Origin: an uncultured Bacteroidales bacterium | GTDB taxonomy: Bacteria; Bacteroidota; Bacteroidia; Bacteroidales; UBA10428 | Length of the DNA stretch: 64,000 nucleotides | Direction of reading: 5' to 3' | Assembly (NCBI GenBank): GCA_964406315.1 | Contig: CAYORG010000008.1 | Location: forward strand, 12,796 to 76,795 | Shown: in pieces, positions 39,493 through 49,380 of the stretch | Layout: each line of letters opens with the position of its first letter | How positions within the stretch are numbered: position 1 is the first letter of the stretch | The notes under the pieces: generated by a model | Told to the model about the DNA's origin: nothing | What the model saw: the letters and a program-made list of their open reading frames with translations, nothing else | The model's database searches: none | Position numbers and translations under genes: made by a program

Positions 39493-41256
39493 ATGAAAAA
39501 ATTTAGCGTAAAATATATAAGCCTGATCGCAATCCTGATATTTTTACTAAGCTGTAGTGAAGATTTCCTTGAAAGAAAACCGATTGCACAGGATACTGAA
39601 GAATCTTACTATGATGATTTTTCCAGTTTAAATACGACTGCTACTGCTGCCTACGGAATGCTTTGTTCCAGGGATATTTACGATATCTTTTATCTTTTTG
39701 CCCATGGAGGTGTTGGATCTGACGATGTGGAATGCGGAGGTGAAAATACCGGTGACTGGCCTGAAATACAGAATGTGGACAGAATGATATACGGGCATGC
39801 CGATGAATACATTTTCAACACCTACGCTTATTTCTATAAAGGAATAAGGATAGCTAATGATTTTATTTTTAAAGCTATTGAATTGTATGGTGAAGATCCA
39901 AACGAATATCCTGCGAACATAAAAAGTGATTTGCAACAGCGGATGGCTGAAATGAAATTCTTAAGAGCTCTTTGGCATTTTATGTTAACTCAAACATACG
40001 GTGGTGTTTCAATTGCTATTGAAAAAGCTGACCCTGCTGCCCTGGTTCCTGCAAGAAATACCATTAAGGAAGTATATGAAGTCATTGAACTGGACTTAAA
40101 AGATGCAATACCTTATCTCAAAGAAAAAAGCCAGCTCGGTTCTGGCGAAGTCGGACGTGCATCCAAAGGTGCTGCCAGGGCTTTACTTGCAAAAGTATTA
40201 CTCTATGAATCATCTTATGCAGAAAACTACGGACAGGATGATAACAAATTCGGAGCTGTTGAACAACGTTACGATGAAGCACTTCAATATGCAGAAGAAG
40301 TCATTAGCTCCGGCGAGTATGAACTTGTAGGTATCAATGGTGAACGCTATGATTCATGGAGAGATTCCACATCTTATGGTGGTTACAATGGCAATGGCGT
40401 TGGAGGTTACAGATGGATCTTTACTCTTGATGGCGATAATTCTTTAGAAGGTGTCTGGGAGATACAAAATGTTATTGACCTGGCCGGTTGGACAGAATCC
40501 AGAGGCTCATACTGGACAACCTACACAACTATACGATATATGTTCGACACTCTTGGCAATTCAACAATTGCTGGTGGCTGGAGCTTTAATCTTCCAACCT
40601 CATACCTTATAGATGCGTTCGGAAATAATGATTCAAGGGAATCCGGGCTCAATTCAACTCCTGTCGAATCCAGGCTTGATCCTCGATTTCAGACTTCTAT
40701 CGGTGAACCCGGAGATACTCTTAAAATGTATACTATCTCTCAGGGTGATCGTTGGTATGAAATGGATTTTGTTAACCTGCCAACAAACACTATCAGCAGG
40801 AAATATGAATGCTCACCTTATGAATTCTGGAGAAAGAAGACAAACGATAATGAAGGCCCGATGAACCTCCGACAAATACGATATGCCGATGTTATTCTTA
40901 TGGCTGCAGAAGCTGCTATTAAAAGTGGCAATACAACAGCTGCTTTGGATTATGTGAACATGGTGAGGACACGTGCACGTAACTCCGGAAACACCGGGTA
41001 TCCTCAAGATCTTACGACAATTTCCTTCGAAGACATTGTTCATGAACGTCGTCTTGAACTGGCTATGGAAGGTCATCGTTTTTTTGATCTTGTGAGATGG
41101 GGACTGGCCGATGATTTTATTTCCGGTATTTCACTTGATGTATATCCAGGGTTTACAGTTCAATTTGAAGTTGGAAAACATGAATTCTTCCCTATACCAT
41201 TAACTGAAATTCAGTTGAGCGGGGGTGCACTTCAACAATATCCAGCATGGCAATAG
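39493..41256 (+). CDS. SusD/RagB-family nutrient-binding lipoprotein
   Basis: Lipoprotein signal ...IFLLSC. LRALWHFMLTQTYGGV, VHERRLELAMEGHRFFDLVRW, FPIPLTEIQLS. Confidence 0.92.
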   Translation: MKKFSVKYISLIAILIFLLSCSEDFLERKPIAQDTEESYYDDFSSLNTTATAAYGMLCSRDIYDIFYLFAHGGVGSDDVECGGENTGDWPEIQNVDRMIYGHADEYIFNTYAYFYKGIRIANDFIFKAIELYGEDPNEYPANIKSDLQQRMAEMKFLRALWHFMLTQTYGGVSIAIEKADPAALVPARNTIKEVYEVIELDLKDAIPYLKEKSQLGSGEVGRASKGAARALLAKVLLYESSYAENYGQDDNKFGAVEQRYDEALQYAEEVISSGEYELVGINGERYDSWRDSTSYGGYNGNGVGGYRWIFTLDGDNSLEGVWEIQNVIDLAGWTESRGSYWTTYTTIRYMFDTLGNSTIAGGWSFNLPTSYLIDAFGNNDSRESGLNSTPVESRLDPRFQTSIGEPGDTLKMYTISQGDRWYEMDFVNLPTNTISRKYECSPYEFWRKKTNDNEGPMNLRQIRYADVILMAAEAAIKSGNTTAALDYVNMVRTRARNSGNTGYPQDLTTISFEDIVHERRLELAMEGHRFFDLVRWGLADDFISGISLDVYPGFTVQFEVGKHEFFPIPLTEIQLSGGALQQYPAWQ

Positions 41257-41286
41257 AACCAAATCCTTTATTATCCATATAACCCG

Positions 41287-41319
41287 GGTGCCCTGTTTTA
41301 TTATGGGCACCTTTTTTTT
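41287..41319 (+). terminator. Rho-independent terminator after susD
   Basis: GGTGCCC / GGGCACC stem, 11-nt loop, T8 run. Confidence 0.75.
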
Positions 41320-41446
41320 ATCGTTGCCCGACAGATGGATGTCTTTCTTCATATTATTTGTTCTTGCTGAACTCTCATTCTGATCGTATCAAAACAAATT
41401 GATAAATTGAATTGACATTTTGATACCAGTTTTCATAAATATCAAT

Positions 41447-41454
41447 TAGATTTG
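41447..41454 (+). promoter_or_regulatory. -7 box TAGATTTG upstream of the epimerase-mannosidase-MFS unit
   Basis: Matches TAnnTTTG, 12 nt before the ATG at 41466 and 27 nt before the ATG at 41481. Confidence 0.35.
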
Positions 41455-41465
41455 AATTCATCCAA

Positions 41466-42692
41466 ATGGTTATTTACAAAATGAAAGAACAAAACAAGCT
41501 CAATTACTTTGTGGAATTTGCCAACCGACAACTTTTTACCTATATAATGCCCTTCTGGAGAAAAGATGCTGTTGATAATGAACAGGGAGGATTTTATGCA
41601 CATATCAATCACGATATGAGTATTGATTACAACGCTGTAAAAGGATTGATCCTCAATGCACGTATACTCTGGACATTTTCAGCAGTGTACAGAGCTTTTA
41701 AAAATGAACAGGATAAAATACTGGCTCAACGGGCATACAATTATATTAAATCCTTTTTTTACGATACAACATATGGAGGTTACTTCTGGTCTCTACATCA
41801 GGACGGATCTCCTGCCGAAACAAAAAAACAAATTTATGCCCAGGCATTTACAATATATGCTCTGAGTGAATATTATAAAATAACAGATGATTCGAATGTA
41901 CTGAAAGAAGCCATTGAAATATTTCACCTGATCGAAAGAAATTCATTCGACACAAAAAAGAACGGATATATTGAAGCCTGTACACAAGAATGGAAAGAAA
42001 TCAGTGATCTGAGACTCAGTCCGAAGGACATGAACGAGAAAAAATCGATGAATACACATCTTCATGTTCTTGAGGCTTATACAAATCTTTATACTGCCTG
42101 GAAAGATCCTCTCCTGAAAAAACAACTGGAAAATCTGATCGAAATTTTTCTTCAACATATTATAAATCCCCGCGATAACCATCTTGAATTGTTTTTTGAT
42201 GAAGACTGGAACAGCAAAAGCACGTTATTTTCCTATGGACATGATATTGAAGCAAGCTGGTTATTGCATGAAGCTGCACTGGTAACAAAAAATAAAGACC
42301 TGATCAGGACAGTTGAAGAGGCCAGCATAAATATTGCTAAGGCAGCCGAACTGGGGATTTACCGGAACAAAGCACTTTTATATGAAGATGACAGATCGGG
42401 CAAACATAAAGATCATGAATTTGAGTGGTGGGCACAGGCCGAAGCCATTGTCGGTTTTTTAAATGTTTTTGTTATTACCGGCCAGAATCATTATCTTGAT
42501 TATGCATTTTCCATTGCTCATTTTATTGAAGAGCATATTGTAGATAAAAAAAACGGAGAATGGTTTTTCCGTGTTGATCTGAAAGGAAAACCAATAAAAA
42601 GTCATGAAAAAGCTGGATTCTGGAAATGTCCTTATCACAATGCCAGAGCTTGTCTTGAAATACTGCACAGAATAAAAATACTTAAATCATAG
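41466..42692 (+). CDS. N-acylglucosamine 2-epimerase (AGE) family protein, likely cellobiose/mannobiose 2-epimerase
   Basis: (alpha/alpha)6 AGE-family pattern: GGFYAHINHDM, GGYFWSL, NTHLHVLEAY, GHDIEASWLL, EWWAQAEAIVGF, FWKCPYHNARA. The start may be 41481. Confidence 0.8.
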   Translation: MVIYKMKEQNKLNYFVEFANRQLFTYIMPFWRKDAVDNEQGGFYAHINHDMSIDYNAVKGLILNARILWTFSAVYRAFKNEQDKILAQRAYNYIKSFFYDTTYGGYFWSLHQDGSPAETKKQIYAQAFTIYALSEYYKITDDSNVLKEAIEIFHLIERNSFDTKKNGYIEACTQEWKEISDLRLSPKDMNEKKSMNTHLHVLEAYTNLYTAWKDPLLKKQLENLIEIFLQHIINPRDNHLELFFDEDWNSKSTLFSYGHDIEASWLLHEAALVTKNKDLIRTVEEASINIAKAAELGIYRNKALLYEDDRSGKHKDHEFEWWAQAEAIVGFLNVFVITGQNHYLDYAFSIAHFIEEHIVDKKNGEWFFRVDLKGKPIKSHEKAGFWKCPYHNARACLEILHRIKILKS

Positions 42693-42703
42693 AACCTACG
42701 AAA

Positions 42704-45316
42704 ATGAAAAAAATTGAGTTCGTCTACATTGCTTTAATCATAGTGACTGCAACACTTATGCACTCCTGTAATAAAATGAATACTTACGATGTAAAAACAA
42801 TCATCAATTTAAACAAGGACTGGAATTTTCTAATGAAAGGAGACACCTCCTGGTTACCCGCTGAAGTACCCGGTTGCGTTCATACTGATCTGTTGAACAA
42901 CCATAAAATCAATGACCCGTTCTACAGGAACAATGAAAAAGATCTGCAGTGGATCGATAAGGAAGACTGGATTTACTCATGCAAATTTGAACTTGATCAG
43001 AACCAGATCAATAAGAAACAAATCTACCTTTTATTTGAAGGTCTTGATACCTATGCAAAAGTATTCCTGAATGACCAGTTAATCCTCGAAACTAACAATA
43101 TGTTCCGGACATGGCGCAAAGATGTCAAAGAGTATTTGGTTGAAGGTAAAAATCATCTTAGAATCGAATTCCATTCCGCCATTGATATTGGCCTGGAAAA
43201 ACTAAATAAACTAGGTTACGGACTTCCTGCAGTAAATGATCAATCTGAAATCGGAGGTCTGGAAAATAAGAAAGTAAGTGTTTTCACAAGAAAGGCCCCC
43301 TATCATTTTGGATGGGACTGGGGACCAAGATTTGTTACTTCAGGTATATGGCGACCTGTAAAACTTATTCTGACAAATCATTCCGAAATACAAAACGTTC
43401 ATTTTAAACAGGTATACATTTCAAAGAAAGAAGCTAACATTGATGCCCTGGTGATAGTTCATGCCACCAAACAGGGCAGATATAAAATAGACATCGAATC
43501 CGGTAACAACCATAAATCGCTTATTACTTCATCCTTTAGATTTGAAGAAGGGATTCATGAAGTTTTGATGCCATTTCTGATTGAAGATCCTGAATTGTGG
43601 TGGCCAAATGGAATGGGCAAACAAAATCTGTATACATTTAAGACAATTCTCTCAAAAAATGATACCATAATTGATACTCTATCCTATAAAATAGGTTTGC
43701 GTGAAATTGAACTTGTCAGAGAGCCTGATTCCCTTGGTAAAAGCTTCTATTTCAGAGTAAATGGTAAAAATGTCTTTGCCAAGGGAGCAAATTATATCCC
43801 AAATGACAATTTTCTCAACAGGGTTACTAAAGACAAATACGAAAATATAATCAGTTCTGCTGCAGAAGCTAACATGAACATGATACGTGTATGGGGTGGT
43901 GGAATTTATGAAAATGATATTTTCTACGACCTGTGTGATAAATATGGACTCATGGTTTGGCAGGATTTTATGTTTGCCTGCAGCATGTATCCCGGAGATG
44001 ATGATTTTCTGGAGAATGCAAAACAGGAGGTTATTGACAATGTCAAACGATTACGGAATCATGCTTCCCTGGCACTCTGGTGCGGAAACAACGAGATAGA
44101 TGTCGCATGGTGTGAAGGAGTTCCTGGTTGTGGCTGGCATTGGAAAGAAAAATATTCGGAAAAACAACGAAAAGAGATCTGGCATAATTACGATACTCTT
44201 TTTCATAAAATACTACCCAAAGTAGTTGAACTTTATGATGGTATTCTTGTATATTGGCCTTCCTCTCCACAGGCAGACTGGGGTGTTCATGCAAACTATG
44301 AAAGTACTTCAGGCGATCAGCACTTCTGGGGTGTATGGCACGGAAAATTACCATTCAGCGCATTTTACAGTCATGTGGGACGATTTATGAGTGAATATGG
44401 ATTTCAATCCTTCCCTTCAATGACCAGTATTAAAAAGTTTACAAAACCTGAAGATTGGGAGGTGAAATCAGATGTGATGCTTTCACACCAACGAAGTGGA
44501 AAAGGCAATGCATTGATTGTGAAATATATGGAAGACCTGTATCCTGTACCGGAAGAATTTGATAAACTTTTGTATCTCGGTCAGGTATTGCAGGCTGAAG
44601 GTATTAAGCAGGCAATACATGCTCATAGAGCACACAAGCCCTATTGCATGGGTACCTTATATTGGCAATTGAATGATTGCTGGCCTGCAGCATCGTGGTC
44701 AAGTATTGATTATTATACTTCATGGAAAGCTTTGCATTATTATGTAAAAAAAGCTTATCAACCCGTTATCATTGCTTTCATCCCGGATAATAAAAATGTC
44801 ATCATTTCAGTGAGTAATGACAATTATGAAAAAGAGGCTGTTACACTTAACTATAGAATCAGAAACTTCAAAGGAAAAATTCTTGAAGAGAACACAGTTG
44901 AATCAGAACTTAACCCGGAAAAATCAATAATTGCGGTGACCATTGATAAGAAGTCCATTGCTGATCATTTTAGCTTACGGGATATTTTTCTCGAAGCCCG
45001 ATTGCTTAAGAATAACAAAATCATTGCGCAAGAATTGTATTTTTTTGAAGTGCCAAAGAATTTGAACTTGCCAAAATCCAAAATTGATTGTGATGTTAAT
45101 AAGAGAGGAGAAACCATTCATGTTGAATTGAAAAGCAATGAACTGGTCTGTAATCTTTTCCTGTATTATGAAGATGAGGATATACATTTCTCAGATAATT
45201 ATTTTAACCTGCTGCCCGGTGAAAAAGCAGTTGTTAGTTGCTTCGTAAACAAAGATTCAGGATTTGATGAGAAAAAACTGAAAATGATTTCGCTCAATGA
45301 TATCTTAAATCCTTAA
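42704..45316 (+). CDS. GH2 beta-mannosidase
   Basis: 870 aa. LNKDWNFLMKGDTSWLPAEVPGCVHTDLL..., MIRVWGGGIYE, WQDFMFAC, LWCGNNE, MSEYGFQSFP (catalytic Glu contexts of the GH2 Man2A type). Confidence 0.85.
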   Translation: MKKIEFVYIALIIVTATLMHSCNKMNTYDVKTIINLNKDWNFLMKGDTSWLPAEVPGCVHTDLLNNHKINDPFYRNNEKDLQWIDKEDWIYSCKFELDQNQINKKQIYLLFEGLDTYAKVFLNDQLILETNNMFRTWRKDVKEYLVEGKNHLRIEFHSAIDIGLEKLNKLGYGLPAVNDQSEIGGLENKKVSVFTRKAPYHFGWDWGPRFVTSGIWRPVKLILTNHSEIQNVHFKQVYISKKEANIDALVIVHATKQGRYKIDIESGNNHKSLITSSFRFEEGIHEVLMPFLIEDPELWWPNGMGKQNLYTFKTILSKNDTIIDTLSYKIGLREIELVREPDSLGKSFYFRVNGKNVFAKGANYIPNDNFLNRVTKDKYENIISSAAEANMNMIRVWGGGIYENDIFYDLCDKYGLMVWQDFMFACSMYPGDDDFLENAKQEVIDNVKRLRNHASLALWCGNNEIDVAWCEGVPGCGWHWKEKYSEKQRKEIWHNYDTLFHKILPKVVELYDGILVYWPSSPQADWGVHANYESTSGDQHFWGVWHGKLPFSAFYSHVGRFMSEYGFQSFPSMTSIKKFTKPEDWEVKSDVMLSHQRSGKGNALIVKYMEDLYPVPEEFDKLLYLGQVLQAEGIKQAIHAHRAHKPYCMGTLYWQLNDCWPAASWSSIDYYTSWKALHYYVKKAYQPVIIAFIPDNKNVIISVSNDNYEKEAVTLNYRIRNFKGKILEENTVESELNPEKSIIAVTIDKKSIADHFSLRDIFLEARLLKNNKIIAQELYFFEVPKNLNLPKSKIDCDVNKRGETIHVELKSNELVCNLFLYYEDEDIHFSDNYFNLLPGEKAVVSCFVNKDSGFDEKKLKMISLNDILNP

Positions 45317-45328
45317 CTGAATTTCTCT

Positions 45329-46477
45329 ATGAAAACTTTTACCAAAGTATTGCCTGTATTTGTAGCTTTTTACTGCATGGGGTTTATAGATATAGTTGGT
45401 ACAGCGGTTAATCTTGCCTCAATTGATTTCGAGCTAAGTGCAACCACCATGCAGTTTTTGGCTTTCATGATTTTTATTTGGTTTTTTGTCTTTTCCATCC
45501 CGACAGGTATTGTGCAGGATCGTCTGGGAAAGAAAAATGTGGTGGTTTTTGCCCTGTTTGTAACTATGCTGGCTATGATTGTACCTTTTATTGTGTATAA
45601 CTTTGCTGTTCTGATCCTGGCATTTACGCTTCTGGGAATTGGCAATACAATTATCCAGGTGTCGCTGAATCCATTACTGTATGATGTATCCTCTCAAGGC
45701 AGTTATTCAAGCAATATGTCGCTTTCACAATTTATTAAATCGGTAGCTGCCTTCTTTGGTCCGCTAATTACAGTGTTCTTTGCAAACCGTCTGGGTGACT
45801 GGCGATATATTTTCCTCTTTTACGGGGCGCTCTCAGTTCTTTCGATGGTTTGGCTTTATTTTACCCCGATTACCGAGAAAAAAAGATCAGATAATCCGGC
45901 CAGGTTTGGACAATGTCTGAAGCTGCTGGGCAACGGATATGTATTATCCATGGTAATAGGAATATTTATTGTGGTAGGACTCGATGTAGGCATGAATACC
46001 GGTGTCCCGGGATTTCTCGAACGGCATGGATTGAGCAGTGATCAGGCAGTAAAAGGAATAAGTATTTACATTTTTGCCTTAATGGCATCCCGTTTTCTGG
46101 GAGCTATTATTCTGAAAAAGCTCAATGCCCGTGTATTTCTTTTCTTTTCAACCATCATAACACTAACAGGGTTGGTTGTGTTGATTTTCGACATTGAACA
46201 GTTGGTGACCAAGATAGCCATATTACTTATCGGACTTGGATCGGCAAACATCTTCCCTCTGATATTTTCCATGAGTGTTGAGAAAATGCCTGAACGTTCG
46301 AATGAAATATCAGGCCTAATGATTATGGCCATTTCAGGAGGTGCTGTATTTCCTTTCCTGATGGGAATAATCATCGATAGCATAAGCCTTAAAGTAAGTA
46401 TAATTTTTCTTTTGCTGATTAGTCTGTATCTCGGATTTTTAAGTATAATGAATTTATTTGCAAAAAATCATAAATAA
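45329..46477 (+). CDS. MFS sugar transporter
   Basis: 382 aa, 12 TM helices, VQDRLGKKN loop 2-3 motif. Confidence 0.8.
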   Translation: MKTFTKVLPVFVAFYCMGFIDIVGTAVNLASIDFELSATTMQFLAFMIFIWFFVFSIPTGIVQDRLGKKNVVVFALFVTMLAMIVPFIVYNFAVLILAFTLLGIGNTIIQVSLNPLLYDVSSQGSYSSNMSLSQFIKSVAAFFGPLITVFFANRLGDWRYIFLFYGALSVLSMVWLYFTPITEKKRSDNPARFGQCLKLLGNGYVLSMVIGIFIVVGLDVGMNTGVPGFLERHGLSSDQAVKGISIYIFALMASRFLGAIILKKLNARVFLFFSTIITLTGLVVLIFDIEQLVTKIAILLIGLGSANIFPLIFSMSVEKMPERSNEISGLMIMAISGGAVFPFLMGIIIDSISLKVSIIFLLLISLYLGFLSIMNLFAKNHK

Positions 46478-46517
46478 TACCTGAGAACAATTTTCTTTAT
46501 TTAAAGAATTAAAATAG

Positions 46518-46544
46518 AAAAGGTGCTTTTATGAAGCACCTTTT
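46518..46544. terminator. Bidirectional terminator between the MFS gene and glnA
   Basis: AAAGGTGCTT-TTATG-AAGCACCTTT with flanking A and T runs. Confidence 0.7.
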
Positions 46545-46592
46545 CTTTCACCTTAACAATTTTTCTGTTTCCAGAATTTAATTCATCATATT

Positions 46593-48005
46593 TTAATTAT
46601 CATAGTATAATTCAAACTCGAAAGGATGAGGGCGCAGCGCCATCTCTGCCAGTTCGTTTTCACGCTTGTAATTAATATAGGATAAAATTAAACTATCCGT
46701 GAAAACGCCACCTTTCAACAGAAATGCATTATCATTTTCAAGAGCCAGCAAGGATTCGGCAAGTGAACCTGGTACCGATTTGATTTTCTTATATTCTTCA
46801 GGCGCTAAAGCATAGATGTTTTTATCAAGAGGTTCGCCCGGATCAATTTTATTTTCAATACCATCCATAACTGCCATAAGAATAGCGGTAAACATCAGGT
46901 ATCCATTACATGTCGGATCAGGGCAACGGAATTCAAAACGCTTGGCTTTTGGATTTTCTGAATACATAGGTATACGGACAGCGGCGGATCGGTTACGAGC
47001 AGAGTATACTAAATTAACCGGGGCTTCAAAACCGGGAACCAATCTTCTGTATGAATTGGAAGTAGGCGCTGCAAATGCTAAAATTGCAGAAGCATGTTTC
47101 AGTACTCCACCTATTCCCCAAAGAGCTTCTTGAGATACTCCAGCATACTTATTGCCGGCAAAAATATTTTTGTTGCCTTTCCATATGGAAAAATGCGTAT
47201 GCATACCGCTACCATTATCTTCAAATACTGGTTTGGGCATAAAGGTTACTGTTTTACCATGTTTCTTAGCCACGTTTTTAATAATATACTTATACCACAT
47301 AAACTGGTCAGCCATTTTTGTCAGTTCAGCATATTGCATATCGATTTCAGCCTGGCCGGCAGTAGCCACTTCATGATGATGAGCTTCTACAATAATTCCT
47401 AAAGCTCTCATTGTGTTTACCATCTCACTTCTAAGATCGTGAAAAGTGTCAGTTGGACTAACAGGAAAATATCCTCCTTTGTAGCTAGGTTTGTATCCTA
47501 AGTTAGGTTCTTCAATGCGGTTTGTATTCCAGGCTCCTTCTACTGAATCAATCTGATAGAAACCCATGTTTTGTGTTTGCTGATAACGAATTTCGTCAAA
47601 AATAAAAAATTCCGGTTCAGGACCAATATAAGCAGTATCCCCGATACCTGATTTCTTAAGATAATCTACTCCCTTTTGTGCTACATAGCGCGGATCTTTT
47701 TCATATTTTTCCTTTGTTACCGGATCAACGATACTCGCTATTAAGCTAACTGTTGGTTCTTCGAAAAACGGATCAATGACTGCTGTATCGGGATCAGGAA
47801 TGGCCAGCATATCAGATGATTCAATTCCCTGCCATCCCCTGATTGATGAACCGTCAAACCCCAAACCCTCTGTAAAAATACTATCATCCAATGCGTCTAT
47901 TGGATAAGAACAGTGCTGCCATGTACCTAAAAGATCAACAAATTTCAGGTCCATCATCTCAGCCCCTTGTTTCTTTGCAAATTCGAAAAAATCTTTTGGA
48001 CTCAT
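46593..48005 (-). CDS. glnA: Glutamine synthetase type I (GSI-beta, E. coli GlnA-like)
   Basis: 470 aa, colinear with E. coli GlnA: [81 protein letters not shown], and the adenylylation-loop [11 protein letters not shown] (Tyr retained). Confidence 0.92.
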   Translation of the reverse strand: MSPKDFFEFAKKQGAEMMDLKFVDLLGTWQHCSYPIDALDDSIFTEGLGFDGSSIRGWQGIESSDMLAIPDPDTAVIDPFFEEPTVSLIASIVDPVTKEKYEKDPRYVAQKGVDYLKKSGIGDTAYIGPEPEFFIFDEIRYQQTQNMGFYQIDSVEGAWNTNRIEEPNLGYKPSYKGGYFPVSPTDTFHDLRSEMVNTMRALGIIVEAHHHEVATAGQAEIDMQYAELTKMADQFMWYKYIIKNVAKKHGKTVTFMPKPVFEDNGSGMHTHFSIWKGNKNIFAGNKYAGVSQEALWGIGGVLKHASAILAFAAPTSNSYRRLVPGFEAPVNLVYSARNRSAAVRIPMYSENPKAKRFEFRCPDPTCNGYLMFTAILMAVMDGIENKIDPGEPLDKNIYALAPEEYKKIKSVPGSLAESLLALENDNAFLLKGGVFTDSLILSYINYKRENELAEMALRPHPFEFELYYDN

Positions 48006-48113
48006 ACTACATAAATTTAGAAGTTATACAAGATTACTGTGGTGCAATTATTACTTATGTCTACATTTTGTATTTTATAGGGTTTCCTTTAAAAAAAGTT
48101 ATAATATATTTTT

Positions 48114-48132
48114 TACCCCCCTGAAATAATAG
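48114..48132 (-). promoter_or_regulatory. G-run element (sense strand CTATTATTTCAGGGGGGTA) 111-116 nt upstream of the GSI start
   Basis: One of only two runs of 6 or more C/G I noticed in the window. A near-identical element lies at the same distance upstream of GSIII. Confidence 0.4.
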
Positions 48133-48255
48133 GTCTTATTGACAAAAATATTAAAAAAAAATAAAATATAGCATTAAAAGTTATAAATTTTAAATTTTAA
48201 CCCTTTTTTTTTAATAGTCTTAAAGGAATTCATGCCATTATTTTATTTTTTATAT

Positions 48256-48263
48256 TATATTTG
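48256..48263 (+). promoter_or_regulatory. -7 box TATATTTG(CC) upstream of GSII
   Basis: Exact TAnnTTTG, 50 nt before the ATG at 48313. The same TATATTTGCC string occurs upstream of GSIII. Confidence 0.45.
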
Positions 48264-48312
48264 CCTCCCATCTAGAAAAATTCATCAATCATTAACTTAT
48301 AATAGCTCTATT

Positions 48313-49323
48313 ATGAAAGCAAAACTTGAATACATTTGGCTGGATGGTTACAAGCCAACACAGACCATGCGCAGCAAAACGCTGGTTGTCTCAGATTTTA
48401 ATGGTAAACTTGATGGTTGCCCGATATGGTCATTCGATGGATCATCCACAAAACAAGCTGCTGGTAACAATTCCGATTGTTTATTGAAACCGGCTGCACT
48501 GTTTCCCGATCCTGCCAGAAAAGACGGATGGTTTGTTATGACAGAAGTATTGAATGCCGACGGTACTCCACATCCTTCAAACGGAAGGGCGACAATTGAT
48601 GATGACGATGATGATTTTTGGTTTGGTTTTGAACAGGAGTATGTTTTATGGGATCTTGACCATCATACACCGCTTGGGTTCCCTGCCCCGGGATATTTTC
48701 CTCCTCCACAGGGACCTTTTTATTGTTCTGTGGGTGCCGAGTACAATATTGGCAGAAACATCGTGGAAGAACATCTTGATAATTGTATACATGCCGGCAT
48801 TAATATTGAAGGTATAAATGCTGAAGTCATGAAAGGACAGTGGGAGTACCAGATCTTTGCAAAAGGAGCAAAAGCAGCCGGCGATCAAACATGGGTTGCC
48901 CGCTATATTGCAGAGCGAGTTGGAGAAAAATACGGTGTTCGTATAAATCTCCATCCAAAACCGGTAGAAGGCGACTGGAATGGTTCAGGCATGCATGCCA
49001 ATTTTTCTAACGGAGCGATGAGAAATGCCGGGAATAAAGAGACTTTCGAGAAAATCTGTAAGGAATTTGAAAAACATATACCGGAACATATTGTTGTTTA
49101 TGGAGCCGATAATGACAAAAGACTTACAGGCCTTCATGAAACTCAATCGATAGACAGGTTTAGCTACGGAGTTTCTGACAGAGGTGCTTCAATCCGTATT
49201 CCTGTCAGTACGGTTGAAAACGGATGGATGGGAAGACTGGAAGACAGGAGACCAGCTTCAAATGCTGATCCGTATAAAGTGGCTTCAATAATTATTAAGA
49301 CTACAAAGAAAGCCTTAAAATGA
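48313..49323 (+). CDS. glnII: Glutamine synthetase type II (eukaryote-like)
   Basis: MKAKLEYIWLDGYKPTQTMRSKT..., FDGSSTKQA, FGFEQEY, GINAEVMKGQWEYQ, HPKP..GDWNGSGMHANFS, ASIRIP, LEDRRPASNADPY. Start moved to 48313 from the ORF-track 48232. Confidence 0.88.
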   Translation: MKAKLEYIWLDGYKPTQTMRSKTLVVSDFNGKLDGCPIWSFDGSSTKQAAGNNSDCLLKPAALFPDPARKDGWFVMTEVLNADGTPHPSNGRATIDDDDDDFWFGFEQEYVLWDLDHHTPLGFPAPGYFPPPQGPFYCSVGAEYNIGRNIVEEHLDNCIHAGINIEGINAEVMKGQWEYQIFAKGAKAAGDQTWVARYIAERVGEKYGVRINLHPKPVEGDWNGSGMHANFSNGAMRNAGNKETFEKICKEFEKHIPEHIVVYGADNDKRLTGLHETQSIDRFSYGVSDRGASIRIPVSTVENGWMGRLEDRRPASNADPYKVASIIIKTTKKALK

Positions 49324-49349
49324 GCAGGAAAACTCCTCTCAAAATACAA

Positions 49350-49380
49350 AGAGGCTGCTGACTGGCAGCCTCTTTTTTTT
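49350..49380. terminator. Bidirectional terminator between convergent GSII and GSIII
   Basis: AGAGGCTGC-TGACTG-GCAGCCTCT, then a T8 run that overlaps the GSIII stop. Confidence 0.75.

Noticed and set aside
48130-48240. Extremely AT-rich tract between GSI and GSII, considered as a possible origin or mobile-element scar
   Set aside because: There are no DnaA boxes, inverted terminal repeats or direct target duplications. It is best explained as a divergent promoter and UP-element region.
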